A stretch of 64,000 nt of DNA from Chrysomallon squamiferum (GCA_012295275.1 CM022673.1:27466001-27530000), one strand, 5' to 3'. Shown: positions 1-15,564, numbered from the stretch's first letter. The notes: generated from the letters alone by a model not told the origin. A program made the numbers and translations.

Positions 1-603
1 CAAGTTGAATTTAAAGGGAGCAGGATGGAATAAATTTCTCTTATCAGCTTTGTTATTTATTTCTAATTGCCAAGAATGAATTTTTTAATTATCAGAACTA
101 AAAAGAATTGGCACAGATGCATATACACACATGCATGCACATACAGATACACATGTACACCCACACACACACACACCCACACACATATGCAAAACTCTGT
201 GTTAGCATTATACCAGATTGGTCTGATTTAAAGACAGTGTCAGAAATGAGGGGAGATTAAAAACTTAATTTCATATAATGCATAACTACAGACTATCAAA
301 TTGTTTGCAGAGTTTCAGAGTATCAGCAACATTTTTTAAAATCTGTTTAACTTTATATTTTAATTATCATACATCTAAATTGTTTGGAAATTAATGATCC
401 TTATCACATAAATACCCTCTTTATTGCTTATGCATTTTCACCATGTGGTGGTTTCCTTTTTATTCTTAAGAGATAATGTGCATGAGATTACTTTTATTAG
501 CAAATGTTGTAGACGTTTATAATATTTTTGCTACATTAATCAAACTGACAGAGCTAATGATTAACGTATATTTATTTTTAAATTATTATTTTGTTCCTTG
601 TGA

Positions 604-834
604 TTGAAATTCCTCATCCTTTGGAATAAATAAAAACATTTTTAAAGTAAATAATTAATATGGGACATATTAATTTTTTCCATTAATTAATTCAGTGAGG
701 CCATTAATCAAGGTTTGTGCTTGAAATTCCTCATCCTTTGCAATAAATAAAAACATTTTTGAAGTAAATATAATTAATATTATCTGTTAAATTTTTTTCA
801 TTAATTAATTCAGTCAGGTCATCATCAATCAAGG
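604..834. repeat. Two-copy tandem duplication, unit about 117 bp, in a Ral intron
   Basis: TTGAAATTCCTCATCCTTTG.AATAAATAAAAACATTTTT...TTAATTAATTCAGT.AGG.CAT..AATCAAGG starts at 604 and again at 721. Confidence 0.85.
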
Positions 835-1781
835 AATCCATTAACTGGTTGCTGACCCATTCATTTATTTTTGTTGTTGTTGTTAGCCTGTTCATTCGTT
901 GTTATTTGTTACTGCATTTACTTGTTCATTCAAACAAACAGACATTTTTGGTTGAATGTCATTCATCGCTTGTTAACGATGTGGTCTTTTAAAGTATGTG
1001 TGTGTATACCTGCTTCCTTATGATGGATTGTAAAAAAAAAAAAAAAAAAAAAAATAAGTGATAATTACCATGACAGGCAGGTAAGATGCACATGTGCTGG
1101 CTTCATACAGTGTCTACTTTGTCAGCATCAGGGGCAGCTTGTTCTGCAAGAAATGATGGCCGGTATCACAGGGCAGATAGCTGAGGGTAGTTTAGCTCTC
1201 TTATCATCAGCTGACTTGAAATGCAGTGATAAAGAGAACAAGTTTGCATTTCTGGCATTTTACTTAAGGGCAAAAAATGCTCGTTGTGAAATGCTTTCCA
1301 AATGTACGGTGTGATCGATTTTTCTTTCCTGACACAAAAACCTGGCAATGTCTAAGTCAGCATAATGATGAAATAGCACTTTACTCGCTATGTGTAAATT
1401 CTAATTTAATAGAAATTTTAGTTATATATTAACTTCAACCATTTTCCCTCCAAAAAATAAAATAAAAAAAATACCCTCCCCAACCATTGTGTGGAATAAC
1501 CTGTAACAATAAAAAATATATTAAATTTAAATTATGTAGTAACAAAAAGTAAATAAAAGAAAACATTCTGAAGAATGTGAAGCAGAAAATCCTGTGAACT
1601 TGACTTGAAGCTTACAGAAATATTCATTATTATTTTATTTTTTATTTTATTTTTTTCTTCTTTTCTTTTATGACTTTTCATAATGTGCTATGGTTAGAGG
1701 GTAAAGATAAACCTAGTTTTATAGGAATACCTGCATACAGTGCTACATAGTGAACATTCTTTGGAAATGATCATATGTATC

Positions 1782-1823
<42 letters not shown>

Positions 1824-4657
1824 ATTTTATAAGTAAATACATGAAGAAAAAAAAAATTAAATAAATATATATATATATATAAAAAAACGAGTAAGATTAA
1901 TTTACCTGACTAAATAGTTGATAGGTTTTTTTTTTAGGTTTTTGTTTAAAGAGGAATTACTTGGTCTCTCTTACAAAAAAATGGATTAGCTCATTACACC
2001 AATGCTTAGTTTTTGTTAATTTATACTCCCATGTTAACCTTATTTGTGAAAAAGTTTGTTTATTTTTTTTTGAAATATCAAGTATTTACCTACATTGAGA
2101 GATTTTCTAGCTTATACAAAGATTATTATTATCAAAAGAAGAAAAACAAATGGAAACACTTTTCTCCAGTATTTAGAAATTTATCAGTGTTTTATTTCAG
2201 ATTTTAAAATTCAGACCACAAATTCACATTCTGTAAAATAAACTATACATTCCCATTTTGGCATAATACACTTTGTAAATGAATAAATGCTCTTAACCAT
2301 GAAGTATAGCTTCTGGATGACAACAAAATTATAATTGATGTTATTTTCATTGTTACCTGATAATTATTTTTAAATTTTGTTTGTAAACATTTGGATCAAT
2401 TAATTTCACAACCTGTGGCAGATTCAGCAGATTTTTTTGATGGGATAATTATATAATTGTCTGAAAGCATTAATGTACAACCACAACATTATCAGTGAAA
2501 TATCAACAGACATATGGGCATGTGTGTGTGTGTATGTTTGTGTGTTATAGGTGTTTTTTTTATCTTGTTTACTGTTGCTGTTAATAGCCACAACAATTAA
2601 TCCAAAATTCATAATTTATTACTTTGAAATTTGCATTGATCATTGTAGCAGATTGAAGAGCATCACTTGCAAATCATTGTTTAACATTTCAGTGAAATAG
2701 ATCATGCTGTACAGTTTTTTTAATAATCAAAGAACATTTTCCAAATTTTGAAATTACATGTACACATTTGAAAAAATGCTAATGTATTATTTTCATTACT
2801 TTACACTTATATTAATTTTAAAAAAAAAAGAACAGAGTAAAAATAAAAAAGTGAAACGTGATATTTGTAATGCAAGTTCTGTTTTGTAATCCAGTTATAT
2901 AACCCTTAAATCATCACATCAGCTTAATTGTATGCATGTTTGTTTATTAGTTCATGTTTTAAAAGTGCTGTTCTAGTACAGTTTGTTAGGATTACAACTG
3001 TAGCTATAAATAGCTGCAGTTTATCCTGTGAGCTTAACATCATTACACTGATCTAGGTTTACCCTGTAAATTAAATTTTTTTTTTTTTAGTGTACTTTAT
3101 TAATTAATATCTTTATTTTATTAATTTAATGTCTTTTTTTTACTTTATTCATCAAGTTTAATGTTTTTACTAAGTGAGTTTTATTTCTTTACTGAACTGT
3201 AACTAAATTTAATGTCCTTTCTGTTCTTCATTCAGTGAATTAAAAATGTTTTCTCAGTTAAATGTCTTTTACTGCACTTTATTAACTGAGTTGAAATGTT
3301 TTTACTGTTTGTTTTTATTATGTTAAGTTGAAAGAACTCTACTTAAGAGAGGTTAATGGTTTAGCTGTATTTTAAGGTGCATTAATGTCTTTACTGAATC
3401 TTACATGTTCTTACTGTCTTTCATTGAATTCATCTGATTCTTTTACTGTTGTCTGTCCTATTGAGTTTATGCAGGTATTAACTATTTTTATTTTATTTTA
3501 CAGTGTACCTTAATAAGTCTTTCTGTTTCTGAAGTAAATGCACTATTTTATATTTGTTTTTTTCATATTTATCTATTGAGTCAGTTTAATATACACTATA
3601 AATTTAACATCTGTTATGTTTACTAAGCAAATTTTATGTCTTTGTTATATTAACCAATCAGAATTTAACGTTTTAACTTTATTATTATTTTTATTTATTA
3701 TGATATAAAATAGATTTAATGTCTTTATTTACATTATTTGTGAATTTTAATGCTTGTATTATATTAAAATGAGTTAGTTTAAAGCCTTTACTGTCATTCA
3801 ACTTGTCTGTTGCATCTAAGTGAAAATATTTCGAGTTTCCATAACTGCATACTCACTGTGAGAAAACAGACTGTACCAAATAAATATATTTTGTGCTTAA
3901 TTGTTAGCGTCATTAAAAAAAGAAAAACCTTGATAATTTCCTTGTTGTTTTCTGTTTGTTGATTAATTTTCTATCACACAGCTGCCTTTTCAAATGCTAT
4001 TTTTAAAATATTATTTTTGGCAACATGTGTTTGACACAAACCAATTTTCGTATTGCACATATAACCTGACATTGCTGTTACCAGTGTTTACCTTGGTAGT
4101 CTGGCCTTGAACACAGTCATTTGATCAAGTATATTGTCAATGCATAGAGAGAAAGAGAGAGACTATTGATCTTTCAGCCTCAAATATCATTCGATGGCAG
4201 ATTAATGTTTTTCTGTTGATTGTAACATTTCTTTGCCATTAAAATTTAGATTCTGGAAGCATCTTTTTGGTGTAATGGACCTTTAACCTTAAAGCTCTGG
4301 TATGCTGTGTTTATTTGGTATTAAAAAAAATATATATATATAATAATAATAATAATAATAAAAATTAGTAGTGTTCCAAGTGAATAGATTCTGGTTAGCA
4401 GTCTGTTTGTAATATTAGACAAATGTACAGTTTGTGTAAACATTTATTTCATTTAGTTTTTGTTTTCTAAGAAAGATATTGTTAGATGTAGATGTCACAT
4501 AATAACCATTGTATGTTTTGTGTTTAAAGATCAAGCTTTACAAAACCTTGTGTGAGAGTTTTTTTTACATTATGTAACATAGTTAACAATTAAAATGGAA
4601 TATAATAATACATGTATCTTTATTTTATTATTGTTTTTTTTGTTTTTTTCTCTCTAG

Positions 4658-4832
4658 AGAACAAATTTTACGAGTAAAAAATGACGAAAACATTCCATTC
4701 CTTTTGGTTGGGAACAAGATGGACCTAGATCAAAAACGTCAGGTGACACATGAAGAAGCATCTAAGAAAGCCAGTGAATGGAAAGTGATGTATGTAGAGA
4801 CATCGGCTAAAACAAGAGCTAATGTAGATAAG
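4658..4832 (+). CDS. RALA: Ral small GTPase, internal coding exon (G4 NKxD and G5 SAK motifs); upstream exons lie outside the window
   Basis: Acceptor tctctag|A, donor AAG|gtgaga; 175 nt, phase 2 to 0. Translates (R)[58 protein letters not shown], matching the Ral-specific [18 protein letters not shown] and [14 protein letters not shown] segments. Invertebrates usually have one Ral, so the symbol denotes the family. Confidence 0.96.
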
Positions 4833-7800
4833 GTGAGAAACCCATCATAAATAAATCAGCTTTACAGTTACGATATTTATAACTTAAATTATGCTAGAAA
4901 CAAGTGGAGATTGTCAGATTTAAAATTTGGTTAAATATGAATTTTATTTTTATTTTTTAGTGTTGTTATTTTTTATTTGTGTGTATGTGTATGTGTGCGG
5001 GCATGCATGCATTCATGCATTCATGCATGTGTGTGTGTATTTGAAAAAGAACATGTACTTTTATAGCTTTATTCATCTGGCTTTAATTAAACAAGAAAAT
5101 TAAAAATAGATTAAATTAAAAAAAAAAAAAAAAAAAAAAATCTGTTTTGTTCACTATAGAAAATTGCAGATTCATTTAACATCAGCAAATCTGAATGTAT
5201 TTTAGTTTTGAAGTAAAAATGCCAGAAACATTTTTAATCTGCTTCTGTTTTAATATTGGCACTTACACAACAAGCAAGCACTTCAAGTATTTCTTTGTAT
5301 TTTGATAGATTTTGAAAATGTTGGATATACAGATCAATGTTATAAATAGCTTAGTGGATTTTGTAATTCTTTTATTTTGAGTTTTTACAACCACTGTAAC
5401 AAGTGACATGATAAAAGAAAGTGAAACAGTTTAAATATATGTGCAACAGGAAGAAAACCTGTTAATAAATGTAGCAAAAATTAATCAGTTTTAAACTCAG
5501 TAACGTTTTGTTGATTTCCACTGAAAAGATCCTTTAACTGTTACAAATGATTTGTTAACTGTCATCTTTTTTCTTCTTATATCCATCTTGTTTTTATATT
5601 TTCTTTAAAAATTGGTTACTTCAGAGTAATTATAATTTATGATAGTTTTCGCATTAGCGAGATCAAAAAAAAAAAAAAAAAATAACAACTAAAAAAGCCT
5701 CCCCAAAAAAACAAAGCAGCAAAAACCCACAAATGTTTAAACAAGAATTCAAAGCAGTTTTGAGCTGCGTCAAAGAATATGCATCTTAAATATAGCACAG
5801 TTTCACTTTTTCATAACCAGAATGTGCCAACATCCTTGATAGGAATAAGTTTGTTTATTTCTGATGGGTCCTAATTGAGTAGCTGAGATGTTGTGTAATT
5901 GGTAAATAACAAACAGATTGCTTGTGAATAGTCAAATTAGCAGGAGTCTTCCTGTAGGCCCAAGAATTTCAGGACAAAAGATAAATAAACTGGTTGTGCA
6001 CCTGTCAGAGAGTGGAGTGTCTTTTCTGCCAGGTTATTATTTAGTCTCCGTACTAAACTGAGAAGAAGGTTGTAATTCACTGATAGTGTTTTTCCTTGAG
6101 GCATCAACGGTTGGAGGATCTACACTCTTAAGTACATCCACAGGGTTGTTTACCACTTCAGCCAGTACTCTGCTGTTTATTGAAAACTACAGCAGGTGCT
6201 CCTATCCTGCAGAAGGTGTATTTCAAAAAAATCCTTTGCAGATGATTGCAAAAGAACAGCAGGTCTGTGTAGTCTTTAACCATTAATATTAGACAAATAA
6301 CCAGAGATCAAAAATACGTTGAGTTGAGTGCTTCTTTATAAATAAAACATTTCTTACGTTTGATTAGTAAACTGATACCAGGCTTAGAAAGTTATCTTGA
6401 TACATTTTTTTCATTTAATCCTGAACATGACATTGTATTCATTAGTATAAAGGTTAAGTTTGTTACAAATGCTTCAGCTTTGTGTATATTATGCAGGATA
6501 TATTGGCAGGTGTAGTGTAAGGAATAAAGCTTACAGAAAAACTGTCAGATTTAAAAATAATTCTATGCATTATTATTTCATTAAACTTGTCAGCATTGCT
6601 TAATCACTGATATAAAATGCTAAATTTAAATTTTTGCTGATGAATAAACCAGACTTGCATACTATGCTGGATGTTTCGCCAGCTGTTTTGTAAGAATATA
6701 TTTTTTAATGAAAAGAAACCCTGTACACTGCTGTGTTTTATAATGAACATGATTTTGTTATATATTTAATTAAACATGATAAGATTACAAAGATTATGGA
6801 AATCTTCTTTTTTTTTTTTTTTTCGTTCTTGGTTAAAGTGAAAATGTTTTTAAGTTGTTTTTTGGTGGACAGAATCTGACCTTGAATGTTAGTTAAAACC
6901 AACAACTTTACAAACATATATATTTTTTTTAGTTCTCTGTATCGTCTGAAATAAAAAAAAACACTTCTCATGGGTTTTAACAGAGAGATCTGAAATGCTG
7001 ATAACGGTACCGCTTAGTAAACACCCAGATGGTTACAGAAAGAAAGTTTGAAAAAGAAACTGATTTTAACAGATGGAGATGATCCATTAACTAAGAAAAG
7101 AAGTTAACCTCTAGATTCACTTCTTTTATTTATATCCTGGGCAGCCATCGTTTTAGAAAATAAATATCTGAAAATATTTTACAATCTTGTTTTGATGTAA
7201 AAATAGTGTAATTACAAAGCATGTACAATAGAAATTGGCTTCTTCTGATTTATCCTCCTGTTACAATGAAAATGAACATCACAGGAAAATAATATAATGT
7301 GATAGTGTTAAAAGAAGATTACTTTTAAAAAAAAAAATTATACTTTTTTTTATTTACAGTTGACAAGAAAAGACAGCAAAGCAGGTTTTTTTTGTACTAA
7401 TAATAATCCTCTGCTTTCTTATTGATCTTTGTAAATTTTTTAAATTTATTTAATTTTTTTAAAAAACATTTTTATCCTATTTTTATTAAGCACCAGCCTG
7501 GGCTTTGAAAAAGTTTTTTTTTTACAACTTCATTATAAAGTATTACCACAGTGGATGTCATAAGCTGAAGGAAATGGTTTTGTCTTGATGACAAAAATTG
7601 TGATTATGACTTTGGAATCAATGGATTTGGACAGAAAGCCATAGATATTTGATTTAGGATTTTTGGCTTAGAAACTTTGATTGTCAAGAGGCAAATAGGT
7701 TAATTGATTTTTATCTTTGTGTCATGAAATGCTGGAGGTTCATTATTGGGAATGATTGAGGCTGTCATCTTCAAACTTAACCAGACTCTATATACAGTGT

Positions 7801-10800
7801 TAAATATTGTTCCTCTGCTAATCCAATATTCCTGTATTAGCATTGATGTGCAGTCACTGGAATTCAGTGTGGAAATCATAAATATTAAAAGGCTGTAAAT
7901 AAATTATTATTCATGACAGGAGTTTTGGTGTGGATTCTGGTGCATATCTTGTTTTCTTCTTGTATGTTTCTGTATTTGTGGTTTGATAGAATAGTGAAAG
8001 TGAAATAGCAACCTTTGATTTTATCAACTTATTTTAAAGACGTTTATAACAGAAGTCTTTTGTGCAATGATGATATCAGGAAAATTTGCTGTTGCTGCTG
8101 TATAGACTGGTTTCTTGATCAGCATAAAGACATATATATTTTTAATTTTTTTAATTTTTGTAAGTGCTCCTTTCACTGATATAAGAAAATGTAATTATAC
8201 CACAGATGCTGGAGGCACTTTTTTTTTTTTTTTTTTTTTTTTTTATAAATAACTTCATCATCTTCAAAGCTTAGTGCTTGTTTTTAAAAAAAAAAGTTTA
8301 TCAGATTTAAAAGATTTAAAAATAATGGTAAATAAAAAACTAATTTTTATCACCATGTTTTTATCATCATAATTATATTGGTGTGTCAGGTCAAATATTG
8401 TTGTTAAACATGTTTTGGCCATTAATAATCATCTCCATTCATTTTGAAAGATGATAATGAATCAGACAGAAATATTTTATGGAAAATGTTTTTGGTGTAA
8501 ACATAGTCCGCAGTATAAGCCTACATACTTGTTGATGCATCTGGGGATATATCAGCAGATGTTTTATAGATTAGGTTTCCCTCAGTTATAAGCAGTAATT
8601 CAGTGAAGTGCCAATTGAGTGAATTAATTGTGTGTGAGAGAGAGAGAGAAAGAGAGAGTTTTTATTCGGTTTTTGTTTTAATAATTAAAACAAAATCTGT
8701 GCAGATATATGGAAACAGTCAATCAGGAAGGACATTTCTGCCCTCCCTTTTTATCAAAATTACAAGCTTTTTATGGTTTAATTATGATTGTTTAATTAAT
8801 TAACCGTACTTAGCATTTATTATTATTTATTTATTTATTTTATTTTATTTTTTTTTTTGGGGTTTTATGTAACACAAAAGTAAAATTTAGTTTCATAACA
8901 CACAGCTTGGATGTTTGTAAAACAGTACTGTGTTTTTGATGGTGAAGAAAACTTGTATCCATCCCAGACAACACTATTTCTGTTCAGCTGAGACTCATTG
9001 GATTGGTAGCAAGATCAAGTACTCAAGACATAAATTCCAAGATAATTTTATATCTTTATCTGCATTTCATAAAATTCTGTACTTAATTTCCCTTCATCTT
9101 ATTGCCCATATTATTGGAATAACTCGAACAGATAACCTTTTTTTTTTTTTTTTTTTTTAAATTATGGTGTATTACTAAGAACACAGGCTGTTTGAAGCAT
9201 ATTTTCATTCATCCATTTGATAACAGAGATCCTTACTGCATATCTACAGAAACTATGTATTCTGTAGCTCCTTTTTTATCAAGATCTGCTGTGTTTATTC
9301 TTCGCTTCTAAAATATTTGTCTAAGATTTCTTTTTGTTTATTGTAGCTGAGTGTTGTAAAACTGTACTTGTTGATAAGAGATGCAGTTCTGTCAGAATAG
9401 ATGACTCTGGTGGTCATGGTACATGGGTATCTGTTGTTATAATGTATATTGTTGCAGTGATCTTTGGCTACGTGAAATACCATAATAAAGATAAGTTAGG
9501 AAATTAATGATCAGCTTTCAGGATCTTGCGTTACCTGAGTGATGGTGTTGTTTTTGTTTAATAATCTGCTTTTAGTTTTATTGCGAAAAAATAGACAAAA
9601 TTGTTTTAGAACTTAAATAATGTATAAAAATAAAAATATGTACTTTTTTTTTTCCCTTTGGCTGTTTGATACAGTAACAACATGTTAAGATGGGAACTTG
9701 AACAAAATTTAGAAAAAAAGGAGAAAAAACAAATAAAGAACACACACAGAGAAAGAAAAGAAGTAAAAAAAAAAAAATGAAAAGAAAAAGAAAAAAAAAC
9801 AACACAAAAAATCCTAACAAAAAAAATAGGAACAGAAAAAAAGAAAAAAAAAGATATTACAACACAAATGCAACAAAAATGAAAAAAAAAAAGTTCCTCC
9901 TTTCCTAACTTGAATATAATTCAAATTACAGAGGAAAAAAAAAATGTGTTAGTTTTCAGATCAACTAGCGGTATCAGAATATCTGTCTTCTATTGCCCTT
10001 TTGTTTTCAACTTTCCAGATAAAAACAGTCTACAGACACCTTCTTGTAATGTAAAAAACAACTTTTAAAAATTAAAAGTAATTTTGATTTTGATTTATTT
10101 AACTTATTTCTAACAAGCATTCCTGTGCTATGAATGAAATTCATCTTCCTTACACTGCAGCAGATAGAGAGCTATTGGTTAGTGACAACAGTAATAGGAA
10201 GATTAATGCTCATTAATTACCCTGTCTCAACCTGTTAATGTTTTATGTGTGTTCACTAGGCCAGTGGGGTTATCTGTGATATGTGGGGAGTGTCTTGTTA
10301 TCTGACATAATTACCCACTGACATACAGTTAGGCTGCATCTGCTGGGGAGAATGTAGTGTAGTGCTGAAACAAAGATGATTTTCTTATTATTATTTAAAA
10401 AAATATATAAATATATTAATTATAATATTTTTAACACGTTATTTTGATACTCAATGAAAAGAAAAAAAAAAAAAACATTATTTTGATACTCAGGGAAAAG
10501 AACAAAAGATATCTGGTCAGAAAAGAAAAAAAATAAAACAAAGAAAATCCAAAACTAAAGGAACAAGCATTAATTGTTTTGTGGGGAAATGTAGTTACAG
10601 ATAGCCCAGATAACACTGTGAACATAATACTGTGAAAACTGGTGGTTCTTTCAGTGGTTTGATTCTGACAGCAACTTTGTGTATGAATGTAACATTATTT
10701 TCAGCCAGATTGTCATGAAACACTGTGATTTGATTAATGCAACATTTTGAAACATTGCCTTCAGTTCATCTTTGTTTAAAAATGTAATGTGAAATAGGCC

Positions 10801-11302
10801 AATAGACTTTTTTATTATTTTAATTTTTTTTATTATTATTATATATTTTTTCTTTTATTCTGGATATCTTAATTATTTACCTAATGACACAATAAAACTT
10901 TGTGATTTTCTTTGGTTACATTGCATTTCATTCAAATGTAGTTACAAACATAAATAGCAGTGGTTTTCTTTGTATTGTCTTGGTTGTGAACAGTGCTTTA
11001 CTCTGATTTAGTTATGTATTTTTCTGGTTACAAATGTTTCACTTTGATTTAGTTTCAACTGTAACATTAAAACATTAGTTTTCTTTGTAACGTCTTTGTT
11101 CAAATCCAGTACTGTGAAATGTGCTTCACACTGATTTAGTTACAAATATTGTAGTTTTTTGTATGTTATCTTTATTACACGGTTTCCTTTTGTGATGTGT
11201 TGGTTAAGAAAATAGTACAGGGTTTTCTCATTCTGTATTTACAGACACAACACTGATGACTGTTTCTGATTAAATAAACTCAATGTGAAAGATTTGTTTC
11301 AG

Positions 11303-11548
11303 GTGTTTTATGATCTGCTGAAGACAATAACGGCATACAAACTGTCAAAACCTTTGCATGGAGGTCGAAAAGCAAGCAGAAAGTCTAAAATCGAGTCTGC
11401 CAGGCATGAACATGTGAAGCATGAGCCTGTCGTACCTGCACAGGTGAAACAGGGACATGCTAATCATGAGCATGAAAATGAGCGTGCACCAGCAGACCGC
11501 GAACGCAAGCGAAAACAAACGAAAAAGAAAAGATGCGTTATACTGTAG
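11303..11548 (+). CDS. RALA: Ral alternative terminal exon A (long hypervariable region, 81 aa, CAAX = CVIL)
   Basis: Acceptor tgtttcag|GTG, phase 0 matching the donor at 4832. Translates VFYDLLKTITAYKLSKPLHGGRKASRKSKIESARHEHVKHEPVVPAQVKQGHANHEHENERAPADRERKRKQTKKKRCVIL*. Starts with the Ral helix-5 VFYDL and ends polybasic plus CAAX. AATAAA at about 11696. Confidence 0.8.
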   Translation: MFYDLLKTITAYKLSKPLHGGRKASRKSKIESARHEHVKHEPVVPAQVKQGHANHEHENERAPADRERKRKQTKKKRCVIL

Positions 11549-13512
11549 ATAGGTTAAACAACCGCTTTTTATTTGAAAACATAAACAGATGTGTTCTTCT
11601 GTAGGTAGATAAGTAAATAATTTAAATTTTGAATTTAAATTAGCTTTTTTTTTTTAAATTTTTTTTTTTTATTATTATTATTATTTTTTTTTGTTAATAA
11701 ATATATTTTTTTTTACACATCTAAAATAATTACATATCTAACAAACATATTCTAACTCATTAATAGCCCATTTGTGTAAAGTTATTTTAATCTTGTGTAC
11801 TTAAAGGATTATATTTTAAAGGTCTAAAAAAACAACAACAAAAAAACAAAAAAATGGAAAAGAAATAAAAAGAAGATAAATAAAAGTTATTAATAAACAG
11901 GATTGAAAATAAGGATTTTATAAATATACAAGCAACAAGTACAATAATACAGTCACACACACAAACACATACATGTACACATACAATACAAACACATATT
12001 TTTGGTTTTAAGTTGAGAAGTTTGAGGAAAAACTATTTTTTGTCTAACACACATCATTCCAGGCTGTTTGTGTTAGGATTAATTAATGGTATTTAAAGAT
12101 TAAGAATTTGTTTATTAGAAACCCATTTATGTGCAATGTATATATAAAAAGGAATGTTGACTGTTCTGCATGCTTTTATTATAAGTCAGACATCAAGCAC
12201 TAACTGTGTTTATATACGTATAACCATTTAATATGCATGAAAGGCTTTGAATTACATTGCATAATACATTTTAAAATTATTTTTTAAATTAAATTCACTG
12301 TAATTTATATTAAGTATTATTCAGTACTAGAAAGTATTTATGAAATCATTCAACAATTAAAGATAATTTTTGACACTATTTGTTCAAAAAGTTATTAATA
12401 AAAGTGAATATTATTATGCTGAAATTTTTTACTTTTCATAACTATCACTTTATTTGCCATGTTTTATAAGATTAACCATAATTTTAACCCTCACCCCTAA
12501 ATATATGATGTATTTAAGAAATTTAGGTCTTATATATATATATATATATATATATGATAATTTTAAAATTATTATAATTTTTCATAGTGAGTATATAATT
12601 ATATTATCATTTAATTGAATTATCATGATGTTTAAAATGAAACCTTCCATTGTTTTTGTAACTACTGAATGTAATTTCAGTTGTAAGTCATAAAACTCTT
12701 ATCTACTAGTATCTTATATTACAGTTATTATGCTCCTTCATCACATTAACTTACAGTTAAATTAAGAAAGAAATTTATCCTATAAGATAGAATATATTAA
12801 TACATTAACAAAAATCCTACACTGAAATGACACCTCTTACAGCAGCACCTTGGCTAATTTCTTGTACAACATGGCAGTGTTGGTGATAAAAACAAAATGT
12901 CATATTCTGCTTGCTGGTTCCTATAATGTGTTAGTCTTCAATGTCTTGTGCTCATTTCCACCTGGAAAGAATGATGATAAAAACTTCATTACTCAGTGAT
13001 GGGGGGAAATGAACTCAGACATTTTACAACACATTATAGTGCTCGACCATCCTTCATGTAGAGGTTTTTTTTTTTTTTTTTGTGAGCTGCTTTTGGTAGG
13101 TATTTTCATCTCAAACATTCCCAACTGACCACATTGAGGTTTTCTCCTGTGTTCAGTGCATCACTGTCTGCTCATAAAACACAAGTATTTGTTTTATCAC
13201 TTCTTCCTGCCACTACCTGGCATACTGCACCAAAAAAACCACACAGTAGCACTAAGGCAGTAATGCAGGCTCTTGATGATTTTTACTGCTTCAAGTGGCT
13301 TGATTTAATGGTCACATATATTTTAACAGTTAGCAGTATAAGCCAGGTTTTTTTTTATTGTTGTTTGGTTTTGTTTATAGGGTATCAGATAAGCAAGTAT
13401 TTTTAGCTCTTACCAAATGAAATTTTTTGAATTTGAGTAACTGTTGATTATGAGTTACTGTGTTTTTGTTTCTGTTTTTTTTGTTTGTGTTTGGATGACT
13501 GTATTTGTTTGG

Positions 13513-13552
<40 letters not shown>

Positions 13553-15564
13553 ATACATGCATACATGCTCTTGTGTGTGCAGGCTTCTGTCTAAAGAAAG
13601 AGGAAACATATATTTGTCAAAAGTAATTAGCATTCCATTATATTTTATCCATTTCTCAAAGTTAGTTTAGATTAATAGCATTTTAATATAGTTTAAAAAA
13701 AAACAACAAAAAAACAACACAATTAGCTGCTAAAAGAAAATGATACCAAAACACCTGACAGGAAAATAATAGAAAATTGGTGATGCCCAGTTCCCATCCG
13801 ACATCTTATTATAAACACCTTTCAGAAGGAAAAGAAACAAAAAAAACCAACATAATCATTAACTGTTTGAAGGTTTCCAGATGTCTAGCCACAAAAATTC
13901 CTGCAGACCACTTAAACAGTCAGTGTTCAGAAAGAGTATGATGATTTTTTTTTTTTAAATATCTGAAATAGGCCTCTTTGTTAAAACTGTTAATAGTTAT
14001 TTTACTGAGATAAATTATCCTTTGCTGGTTTCAAGGATCTTCATTATGTTTAAAAGATTAGATTAAAGTGATTATTTGTTTGATAATTTTTAAACATTTT
14101 ATCTTTAGTGAGAGGACCATGAAGAAGAAGAAAAAAACAACAACAACACTAATTATAAAATTATAATTGATTACGATATAAATTCTGTGTAAATGTATAA
14201 TAAAAGGCATAATAATTATCCAAGATAGAGCATGTATTTGAAAAAAAAAATAAATAAATAAAAATAAAAATAAAAAAATAAAAGCAAAGGGAAAAAAACA
14301 AAAACAAGAAGAGTAAAATAAAAACACCTGCTAGGTATTGGGCTTTCTTGACTGGCAGTCAGTCATCAGTAAACTTTGTGATATATATAAACACTTGAAG
14401 TCAGTTTTCAACAAGTAAATGGGATTCTCTGTGCCTCCTGCTGCTCTAAACAGTATCTAGCTGTTTATCATGTGTTGTGTGTAGGGTAATGCAGCTGTAA
14501 GCATTGGTAACATAGGAGGTAGTCCATTATTCTGTGTGTGTGTGTGTCTTCATGCATATACATCTATAATGTTAATAATTTATTCGTTAAAGGTCCATTT
14601 TGTTTCAGCCTGCATATTGTTTTACTGGAATGCCAATCCTGCTGTATATTCACCACACAGCTTTTCACCATGTAATATGCTATATGTGCACTTCACTATA
14701 ATAACAGATAATATTATGTAGAGCATATTTTATTTTGATAAATTATTTATAATTTATATTGATTTTACATCGAGTGTAATAGAAAAAAACACAAATACTT
14801 TTCCATTTCATTGACTTGTAATAAGTGATGATACTGGCCTAATGAATTGTATTTACATCGTATTTAATCATTAATGTTCAGTATGTTTGTTGTAATTACC
14901 CAGAGGAAAAACAGCTAGAACAAAACAGTTGGAAACAGAGATTATAAACCTACTGTGCATTCCCTTCATTTCCTTCATTAGACCTACCACAGTTATTTCC
15001 CCCTACCACACTATTGAAAGCAAATAAAAGAAAACATGTTTTGAAATTTGTAATTCTTAAATTTAAAACTAAATTTTTTTTTCTTAAAATATGAATAAAT
15101 TAGTGAAATAAAATGAAATGTAAAATTTATTTTTTTGCATTTTTAAAGCAGAATAGATATTTTGATCTTAATTAAGCTTTATAAAATACTGCATGGCCAT
15201 TGGTGAATCATTATTCAACAAAACTTTAAAGCAGATGTATTTGTTTTATATTTGTTTATAATATTTAATACATTTTTAATCATATCACATATGGTTCAAT
15301 TTAATTTATTATAGCATGTTCAGATGTAAATATTTGATTTTGCATTCAGCTTTTTTGTTTTGTTTTTAGCCATATTTGTTTGGGGTTTTTTTTTGATGCA
15401 TTTTTTAAAGTTATCATTTCATTAGAATTAGTTTTTTTGGTATATTACTGAATTATAACACAGATTAAAATATATGTATACAGAAAAAGAGTACAAAAAT
15501 GTTAATGAGGTTATATATATATATATATAATTTTTAATTTTTATTATTATTTTTTTAATTATAG

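Noticed and set aside
9295-9483. Minus-strand ORF ending EILDKYFRSEE, reminiscent of Ral IRDNYFRSGEG
   Set aside because: Wrong strand and position, no DTAGQE motif and no splice context; chance similarity.
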